A stretch of 64,000 nt of DNA from the human T2T-CHM13v2.0 reference genome, Homo sapiens: the NCBI RefSeq assembly GCF_009914755.1, contig NC_060930.1. The stretch is one strand, 5' to 3'. The stretch's first letter is position 1. Every line of letters starts with the position of its first letter. Below, piece after piece: positions 54,411 to 64,000 of this stretch. The translations under genes and the position numbers were made by a program. The notes under the pieces are model-generated. The model did not search any database, was not told the origin of the DNA, and saw only the letters and a program-made list of their open reading frames with translations.

Positions 54411-56797
54411 CAAATGACTATTAATGATAATGGTTAAAAAAATACAAGCTATAAAGCCAGAGTGGAAAGGCAGCACCAAGTAACAACAGAGCTTCTGCAG
54501 GAGTTGACATATCTAGGTGTGCAAGCACAAGACCTGCTCTTCTGAAACAGTCTTACTGATGAGAGGAAGATCAACCAGTCCTAGAGCAGTGAGCCAGGGC
54601 AAAACAAAAGAGTCAATTGCAACCTAAGTATCAACCTAAGAGATGTACTAAGTATTGACTTTGGGATCCATGACACTAGGAAGAAGGAAAGGTGAATTTT
54701 TTTTTTCTTCATCTGGCCACCTGATTCCTTGTTCCGAGTATGCATATTAGTAGTCAGTGGTCATTATGATATAATAGTTAAATTTTTTTTTCTGGCTGGT
54801 TTAATTAGGTTGAGATAATCCAGAGTGAAAAATGCTCATTCTGTGCTTCCAGGGAACTCCTGCTAACACCAAAATTTGAAATCAGTTAATGTCCAAAGCA
54901 CTCATGTGCCATAGGAAGGTCAGTCAGCCTATCCATGTTTCATTCCTGGAGGTGTTGACACTAAAAGAGCCCCCTGCCATCCAAAGACATCCCAGGTAGC
55001 ACAGAAAGTAAGTAATACAGCTGCAGTAGACTTCATGGTTCAGGGCTTTTCCACCTGCTTTATCTACTGGAGGTTAATTGGATGTTTTGCAGAATACCCC
55101 AAGCATGGTTGTTACTCCACACAAATAATACCATTAATGAAAAAGGAGGCTTTAGAGTATAGCATGGGTAGGAAGAAGTGTCTGGAATTTGCTTATTTGA
55201 GGGTAACTCTCCAAGGGATTTGTGGAGATCTGGTAAAAGTCCGTAATTACTTGCTCAATAGGAAGATATGGTATATATTATTTCCAAAGTGAAAAAGATG
55301 CCTGACTGCAAGTCTCAGGGCCACATGAAGTTAGCAGTGAAAGAATGCAGCATATAGTTTGTTGGAGAGGTGGAGAGGATAAATCAGTGAAAGGTGAGTT
55401 AAGTTAGGGTGGAAAGGAAGGGGTGGGAAGTCTTTCTGGCTTTAGAATAGGCTCTGGCAGTTCTGTTGTCAGTAACTGTCACCATACTATTCAGGGAAAA
55501 TTTGACAATCTCCATTGCTAAATCCCCAAAAGTAACAGTTTAATTTATTTTTCAGAACAAGCCTCATATAGATTGCAAATATTTTGAGTGGCAAGTTGAT
55601 TTATTAGGGGAAAATTTTTCCCCATATAATTAAGTTTGCCTCTTATGTTATAATGTCAAAATCAGAGAAAATGTAGACATATTTTAGTTCATCCTAAAGA
55701 GACTAGAGGTACTGCAAAAATACTAAGAAGACTTCTAAAAAGTTCTTATTTGATTTTTGCAAATTAAAATAATGATACTATCTAATGGAAACAATTAGAA
55801 CAATATTGCACAAAGACATAAAGGCAAACATAATCAATGACCTTCCCTCCAATATAATATTAGTGTTCACAGCATGACATGAGTCTTTCCACATAACTCC
55901 TTATTTACACATATGAAAAAAAATTTTAAACAGGCAAACGCTTAGACAAAAACAGAGAATCTCAAAGTGCTTGAGATTTTTCAGCAGAATCAGAGAAAAC
56001 CAAAACTATTCTCTTTGGCTTCAATCTTAATATAGAAAAATCTAGGCTAAAGCATTGGGGCTAGAGTGAGGTGGAGGTCAAAAAAGAGCACCAAGAGAAG
56101 TATACCTGAAGCATTTATTTCTAGAAAATTAGTCTTGTGCAGAATACCAGATGCTAGGCCATGGGACTTCTTCTCTCAACCTTCCTCTTTCATTTTGCTT
56201 ATAGAGAGAGGTACATGGTGACATGTCAAACAGCGACTCTTGTATCCTTAGGGAAGCTCTAATCATCAAAGTGTATTCAATATACGTCTTGGTGAGCATG
56301 TGGTTGTATGGTACAAAGGTTAGGAAATCAAGCTAAAGAGATATGGCCCTAACTTCCAGGGCATAGAAAGAGAAATCAAGGACCCAGAGGCAGATGAACA
56401 AGGAAAATAAGTAGCAGAATGAACCAGGGACTTAATATATTTGCAATGTGTCTGGTTTGTATTCTGTGGAATGATGAGGGAGGAACCTCTGGAGCATGTG
56501 CACATTTGGACAAGATGAGCCTAGAGAGGAATAGCTGTCTCACTTCCAGACATGCTGCTACCTCTGCCTAGTGAATATAACACAGGGAAGGGCTGAAATG
56601 AAAGATAATTTTCACATGCGGAGATGAAACTGCAGTCTAAATCCACTGAGGTATAATCCCACTATGCCCAGGGTTACTTATTTAAAAAATATTTTTGGGG
56701 TTTTGACAGGTAGTGTGCTATCCAAAGTATAAAATAACAAATACCATGATAGCTACATTGTATATTTGACCACTCCACGGAAGAATTTGGATAAAAA

Positions 56798-56917
56798 ACC
56801 TTTTCTCATTCTTTTATCTTCCCTCCCTTCCTTCCTTCCTTCCTTCCTTCCTTCCTTCCTTCCTTCCTTCCTTCTTCCCTCCCTCCCTCCCTCTCACTCT
56901 TTCCTTCTCACCTTCTC

Positions 56918-56948
<31 letters not shown>

Positions 56949-56949
56949 C

Positions 56950-56989
<40 letters not shown>

Positions 56990-57201
56990 TCCTTCTTTCT
57001 TTCTTCTTTCTTTTCTCTTTCTTTTTTTTCTTTCTTTCCTTCTTTCTCTTTCTTTCCTTCCTTCCTTCCTTCCTTCCTTCCTCCCTCCCTCCCTCCCTCC
57101 CTCCCTCCCTCCCTCTCACTCTCTCCTCCTCACCTTCTCTCTCTCTCTTTCTTTCTCTTTCTCTCCTTCCTCCCTTCCTTCTTTCTCTTTCTTTTTTCTT
57201 C
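56798..57201. repeat. Compound polypyrimidine tract (CCTT)n/(CCCT)n/(CTTT)n
   Basis: ~400 bp almost purely C/T on the + strand. Confidence 0.98.
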
Positions 57202-57784
57202 ATTCATCCATTCATCTATTTATATAGCATATATATGTATGTATGTATATCTTTATGTACACTTGTGTATGCATAGATACAATACGAAACAAATTTAAAA
57301 CACTTGTGGTGAGTTATTGCATTATTTTTGGAGTTCCCTCAAATGGGAAAATTTGGTATTTCTTTCTCTTGTGATAATCAGTTTTATTTACAGAAAGGTC
57401 AGAAGTAAACTGCTTTTATCATTTGCTAGTGGGGTACATTACAGTGAGCAATTCTAGTTACAAGTGCATCAGGGTTTGGCTACTACTCCTGGAACTCTTT
57501 CCTTCCCATTGGGCTTCCATCTCTAAGATCTAACTGAAGTTCCCTAAAGCAAGCATTCAACTTGCTGCTTGGTAAAATATCGAACAACCCCCATGCCCAC
57601 CCCAGTATTCCTAAATAAATAGTGTAAATAAATAGATGATGAATCTGGCCTCCGAGAATATGGTTCAGAGATTATAGAGTATCTATATTGTTCTGCTCTC
57701 TATGAATAGGTATAAAAACCTGTTGAATAGATGCTAAAAATCAGTGGATATGTTGCACCTCAAAAATGTTGTTCTTTTAAAGAG

Positions 57785-57877
57785 GGCAGGAACAAATCTG
57801 CTAGTCCCAATAATCTGGATGCAGACAGTCATAGTAATGATGATGACTGTGGTAAGAAATATGAACCTATATTCTGA
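57785..57877 (+). CDS. OPN5: Candidate alternative distal terminal coding exon of OPN5 (GRNKSASPNNLDADSHSNDDDCGKKYEPIF*), 382-aa isoform
   Basis: Acceptor gttgttcttttaaagAG|; open phase-0 frame compatible with exon 6; colinear with the mouse Opn5 C-terminus as recalled; downstream AATAAA at 58549 with a GT-rich element. Confidence 0.7.
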   Translation, partial: GRNKSASPNNLDADSHSNDDDCGKKYEPIF

Positions 57878-58548
57878 GGCCAAGAAACCTCTTACCTGTT
57901 CACCAGGGCTTCAGAAATGAATGGCAAACTCCAATATATTTTTTGAAATGCAGAAAATAATTTAGAGTATTATTTGTATTTGGCTTTTAAACTTGAGAAA
58001 ATACACAGCCAATGCCAACTGAAGTGTTATCGAAGTTTAATCATGAGTATGTAACATATATCAGCTACTCCCTCTTCAATCTTCACAGATTTTTGTAAAA
58101 TAGTGACCCAAGATGGAAAGGATATTCTAAGCAATGGGAAGGCAAAGAGTCGCTTAAGCTTTTCATTCATTGTGATAGCAACTGAACTTCTTAATGTATT
58201 TATTGTTATAAAAATGTGCTTGAAACCACCAATTATTTTTTCCTGTAGATGGTTAGAACTTTTAATATTGTCTGGGAAACTTCTAGAAGCATAATTTGTC
58301 AAGTCAACCTGCATACAGCATTTGTAAGTACTCTCTATGAGAACACTCAGAAAATGTTACAGTTTCTGACTCATTCTCTCTAGCCCAGTTGTGTGTTAAA
58401 CTGAAGGACACACTTGACTATTGCACTAGGAAAAATGGGTTAGGTTCTTTTTATCTCTGTCAGTTTCCCTTTATCCACACATTTAAAATAATTTCTCTCT
58501 TTTCTTTTTAAGTCACAGCTGTGTTATTCAAGTGCACTTTTTTTTTTC

Positions 58549-58554
58549 AATAAA
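58549..58554 (+). terminator. Polyadenylation signal AATAAA for the distal exon
   Basis: T-rich upstream run, AATAAA, then ttctggttttgttggtattgtttatttt (about 58585-58612), a typical downstream GU/U-rich element. Confidence 0.65.
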
Positions 58555-59380
58555 GAAAATATACTGCATTGGCATTCTGAGTCATTCTGGTTTTGTTGGT
58601 ATTGTTTATTTTAAATTTAAAGATTCAGCAACACCGTGGGTAATAAATGAGAGGCTTTGACAGAACTAAAATAAGTGTGCCTTACGTTAAAGGGATCAGC
58701 CAAATTACACAATTCAGTAATTCTCCATTTGCCCATAACTTTGATTTGTGTGGACTTTTCTAAAACCACAAGGTTTAGGTAAAAATGCTCAGTAGTTGGG
58801 AATATTTCTAAACATTTGGCAGCACTGGGAGCTATCCAAGAAACTCAGGATATCTCTGTGAAGCATGTTACTTATCTCCTTGTCTGAGCAAAAGGAAATA
58901 TCTGAAGTTCACCCTCTAAAAACTGGAATAACCAATAAATATTCTATTGTTATCTTTATGCCTTCATCTTAGCAGGTAACATTTTCTCGTTAGAAGAGCT
59001 GGTTTTCCCCACTGGCTGTAAGTATTTAAGGCAATCTGTGCATATTGCAACAAAGGCCCCAGAAATTTAGAGGGACACACTGTCCTATAAACCCAGCACC
59101 ATAGCAAACATCTCAATCCCATATTATGGCCTTTTGGGAAAGAAACAAAACAGAAAACATGGAAGAGAGTTACTCATGAGAGTATGAGTGTCTCTTCACT
59201 CTCATGAGGTGAAAACATTTGAAACCTTCTAACATATTGCTACTGACAGGTAGCGCTATTTCACAAAGCCATGTAAAACAAAGGCTCTGCTATGCTCTAC
59301 CAATACCACCAATCAATCAAATGAAAAACACCAAGTCAACCCCTAATCTGAGTTGCTTCAAGATTTATTGCTAGAGGTGC

Positions 59381-59486
59381 TTCCCAGCACTTTGGAGGGC
59401 CAAGGCCAGAGGATCACTTGAACCCAGGTATTCAAGACCAGCCTGGGCAACATAGCAAGACCTCATCTCTACTGAAAAAAAAAAAA
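59381..59486 (+). mobile_element. Alu monomer (FLAM-like) within an old MLT1-like LTR
   Basis: tcccagcactttgg...cagcctgggcaacatagcaagacc-polyA; flanked by tttattgct on both sides. Confidence 0.85.
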
Positions 59487-59949
59487 GAAGTTTATTGCTT
59501 ACTTGCATCACAATCCAATACCAATGGGCAGAGGGACTCTGTGCACACAGTTCTACAGGGTCAGGCTCCTTCCATTTTGTGACATCTTCATGTTCTGCAT
59601 GCAGTCTCCAAGACTGCTACAAAAGGGGGAAGTGACAATGGAGACTTAAACGGTGAGATTTTGTAAGTCATGCCAGAATGTTTTATCTGTCACTTCCACC
59701 TACTCTCCATTAGCCAAAACTGCCATATGTCCCACCCCAACTATAACAAGGTATGGAAAAATGAGTCTTCCTGTGTGGCCAAGTGGAAAATGAGATGGTT
59801 TTGTTGAACACATGACACAGTGGTTGTTCTTTTGTTTATTTTATTTGTTGGCACCAGTGAAAATATTAACTCTTAATACTAGTTCAAGACTTTTTAAGTC
59901 GTTGTTAAAATATAATGAGGGGGATAAATAATATCTGTTATTTATTAAG

Positions 59950-60150
59950 TTCTTAGTACATGCTGGAAATGCAACAATACTTATTTAATCCAGTCTTTAC
60001 TGACCCTATGTATATGAAGTAGATACTATTGTTATCACTCATTTTATAGATGAAAAAAATGAGATTTAATTAAGAACTTGTTTTGTAATTGACAGAGCTG
60101 GGTTTCTATCCAGCCATTTGCTGTCAGAGCCTGGATTGTACTCACTGAGC
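59950..60150 (-). mobile_element. MIR SINE
   Basis: ttatttaatcc...accctatg...tcattttatagatgaaaaaaatgaga. Confidence 0.7.
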
Positions 60151-60721
60151 CATATTGTTTCACCAAACAAACACTGAGTCCCATATGTATTTGTTTGGGT
60201 TCACTCTTGGTCTTGATTCAGAACCAAGTGCTCTACCCTTCCATGCCTGATCTTCATGATCTGCAAAAGAGGGATAAAAATACCTCCTACTCCCTTGGCA
60301 TTTCAAACCAACTGGGGTAATCACTGTGAAGTACATTAAATTCTGTCCAATACAGGCTGCACAATATCCTTATGGTTTAAATGTGATTTACTTTTTGAAT
60401 AGGTAATAGATTCACATGATTGAGATTTCCCAAAGGTACATCAGAATCTAGAGTGAAAAGTTTCCTAACCGCTTCTGTCCCTTCTCCACTCATTTTCCCA
60501 GCACAAAGCCAATCCATATTACTAGACAGATTTGTATAATTCATTTACATAATTTGTTTACCCTTCGGTAAATAGACTAAATTTCTAAAACAATTCTTGC
60601 TTTTTTTTTTTGCAATTAACATTTTAGCCTGGTGATTATATTCATACATACAATATCCTCATTCTTTTTATCCATTGTATAGTTGTTAGTTATAAGAATA
60701 TATTATAATTTGTTCAACCAG

Positions 60722-61121
60722 TGTATTAGTCCATTTTCACACTGCTATAAAGAAATTTCTTGAAATTGGCTATTTCTTTGTAAAGAACTGAGAGGTTTGA
60801 TTAACTCACAGTTCTGCATGGCTGATGGGGGTGTCTCAGGAAACTTACAGTCATGGCAGAAGGGGAAGCAAATACATCCTTCTTCACAAGCTGGCAGGAG
60901 GGAGAAGTGCAGAGTGAAGGGAGAGGAGCCCTTTATAAAACCATCAGATCTTGTGAGAACTCACTGACTATCATGAGAACAATGGCATGGGGGTAACTGC
61001 CCCCATGGCTCAATTATCTTCACCTGGTTCCACCCATGACACATGGGGATTAAATTCAGATTATCATTCAAGATCAATTCAAGATGAGATTTGGGTAGGG
61101 CCACGGAGCCAGACCATATCA
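60722..61121 (-). mobile_element. THE1 MaLR solo LTR
   Basis: TGTATTAGTCCATTTTCACACTGCT...ACCATATCA; 5-bp TSD accag/actag. Confidence 0.92.
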
Positions 61122-61265
61122 ACTAGTTTACTATTGATGGACATTTAAGTTGTTTATAATGTTTTTGCAGTTTTTCACGTGTGATTATTTGTATGACAAA
61201 TTTTTAGAAGTGATGCCATAAGAAGTTAAAGCTAACATTTAAATTAATATCATTGCATTTAATGA

Positions 61266-61616
<351 letters not shown>

Positions 61617-63796
61617 TATAATGTCTTCTTGACCATCTCAGGATGAAGCTGCTATTAGAAGAAATGAGGTTGTGATCAGTAGCACTAAATTCTAAAAATT
61701 CTGATTGTGGGTCCATCATTATTTAAGTGTTTGGCTTGTTCTTTTTCCACTTTCTTGATCTACATATCTAAATAATGATTGTATTTCTATTTGCTTTATC
61801 GCTGTTAGAAGGGGCCATGACTCTAAATAAAAAGTTCATGAATCCAGTTTATAAGATATTTTGGAACTTAATCATATTATAGTTTTTGTTATTTTGCTTA
61901 ACTCTTAATTATAAACCAACATCACAGGCCTGCAAGTACAGTCATCAACTTGTTTCACAATCCCCTCACAATATCTAAAATAGAAAGTGCAAATGATTGT
62001 GGTTGGAATAAGTCAGAAGTTTGTTTCTCTGGTAAGTGGTCTAGTGATATTATGATGAATGTATTCACTCATCAGGGATCCAGGCTCTTTCCACCTGTTG
62101 CTCTGCCATTCTCAATGTGTAGCATCCATCTCAATGATCAAGGTGGTTTTCTCCAGCTCCTCCCATTGTTTCCACAATCCAGAGAGCAGGAGGGTGGAAA
62201 GGAGAAAAAGCATGTCTGTTCTAAGGACATAACTTGGAAGTTTCATTGTCTCATACATCATTTTATTTCACAATTCTATAGCTAGAACTTAGTCACATGG
62301 CCACATCTAATTATGACAAAGATTAAGAAAAGCGGTCTTTATTCTGTTGAGGGGCATGTTATCCCATGGCTAGAACATGAAGTTTAATTATTATGAGAGA
62401 GAAGGAGAGAATGAGAGACATATAGCAGTCTCTCCCATGGCTTATCTCTCTTCCAGCCAAATACCTATGTGCACCCTTCTTCTCACTGACAGGACACACT
62501 TCGGCACCTGCTCCATTCCCATCAAGAAAGACAACTACAAAGTCTCATCTGGTAAATTGCATTAGGAGGGCCCAGAAGTTCAGGGTGATGTGAGTCATTT
62601 CTATCAGGTTTGGGTGAGTCACCCTATGGTCTATTACCCCTCACCCCCAACTGCACACAATAGACAATGGTGAGGGTGGGAACTGGGTAATTACCATGAA
62701 GACTTCCACTCAGAAAAGTGCAGAAAGGGATGTACTGAATCACAGAGAGCTATGGCATCTAGCAAATCCAACTCAGCAGGTGTTTTGATACTTCCCAACC
62801 CAAGCAGTGAAGTAAATTCCTTAATCAGCTCTATCTGGTAGTGCTGGTTCTTCCCACTGGAAGGAATCCCTTACCATTTAGATTCTTTGGGCTCCAGTGG
62901 TGTCTTTTAGACATCCTTTTTGGCTTTTTATTGTCTACTACTAAATCTGAAGTAGTCACTGGAGAGTGTGCACTTCCTGAAAGCTGTAGAGGGTTCTCAG
63001 CCAGCTTTCTGATGGTGCAGGTTTGGAAGTTCAGGGTTTATTTTAGGGATCAAAATCACATCATTTGAAGGTGAGGCTTGCATGTATTGCCCCATACCTG
63101 TGATTATAGAGAAAGTGGGGTAGGGAGAGAAGGCACTGAAACTGGAATTAAAATTGTCATCGCCACAAACATGTGTGACTAGGACAAGTCCCCCTCTCAA
63201 TGTTGATTTCCTCATCTGCAAAATGATTATTTTGAACTCTGCTCTCTGAGGGCCCCAACCAGTTCAGTCCTGACAGCCGGTTTTAAGTGAGTAAGCAGTT
63301 GCCATTTCTAGGAATGTTTGAATTTCCTTCAGCTTTGAAGTCTTTTTAAATCTTTTGTTGGTGGAATGTAGTTTATTAAAATAGAAAGAGCACATCATCT
63401 CTTGCATTCATACTGTTTTCCAAAGTAGTTTGTGCCATTTTAGTTCACCGTGCTCTTTCCCCCCACCTCCAAACCTGGAAATAGGACTCCTTTCTTTCCC
63501 ATCCTGGCTTTGGGCTTCATTCCTGAGTATCCTTATGAGAACTGTCAGACACTTTTTTCTCTGAATGGAGGAAATTGTATTGGTTCAAGGACGAGAAGGT
63601 CAACAGACACAGATTCTAGAGCAGTGGTCCTCTGTTCTGTATGTTTGTGTGTAGAGGGAGACTTGAATATTTTGAAAAATATTCTCCAATTCTTTCCTGA
63701 TACACCGTTCTATCACTGCCTTATTTAAGATGGTAGATTTTGGAAGAACTTTTGGGGTGATCTGATGTCTATTCACCTTCTATGCCCCACTCCAAC

Positions 63797-63827
63797 ACAC
63801 ACAACACACACACACAGACACACACAC
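63797..63827. repeat. (CA)n imperfect microsatellite
   Basis: Direct reading. Confidence 0.85.
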
Positions 63828-63921
63828 CCCTCCATGAAGAAGCATTACCCCAGATTGGGGAAGTTGCTAAACATTTCTACATAAAAAGAACTTAACCCAA
63901 GATGAAAATTTGATGGAAGAC

Positions 63922-64000
63922 TGTGTTAGGTTCCCATTGGTGCTGTAGCAAATCGCCACAAACTTAGTGTCAACCTAAATAACAGAGAGAGAATCTCTAA
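63922..64000 (-). mobile_element. MLT1-type MaLR LTR end, truncated by the window
   Basis: tgtgttaggttccc..tgctgtagcaaatcgccacaaacttagtg. Confidence 0.6.

Noticed and set aside
56766-57227. 153-aa and 129-aa ORFs on opposite strands
   Set aside because: Translations of the CT-rich simple repeat; low complexity, no coding signal
59173-59208. 11-bp inverted repeat CTCATGAGAGT/ACTCTCATGAG
   Set aside because: Short hairpin with no miRNA-length stem or functional context

Overview
Primate (almost certainly human) genomic DNA containing the whole OPN5 (opsin 5/neuropsin) gene on the + strand. It has 7 coding exons (7851-7980, 12300-12419, 17586-17756, 21014-21348, 33941-34182, 37461-37518, 49767-49775). 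All introns are GT-AG, and the exons join in frame to 1065 nt = 354 aa with DRY, the retinal-binding K296 and NPxxY. The rest is intronic/intergenic sequence with Alu, MIR, L1/L2/L3, MaLR/ERV1 LTRs, hAT and Tigger fossils and microsatellites. Most interesting is an apparent C-terminal switch downstream of exon 6. (i) The canonical last coding exon (W-E-stop) is a MIR SINE whose substitutions created the splice acceptor. (ii) An open, phase-compatible exon 8 kb further on (57785-57877) has its own poly(A) signal and encodes a peptide matching the mouse Opn5 C-terminus as I recall it. (iii) Read-through of the exon 6 donor gives -EEV-stop. (iv) There are further candidate acceptors and an 18-nt microexon. 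Several repair/replication scars are also visible, including a perfect 31-bp inverted templated insertion inside a MER58A copied from 1.15 kb away. Repeat family names and ortholog comparisons come from memory of consensus sequences, not from searches. Some isoforms may already be annotated in databases.
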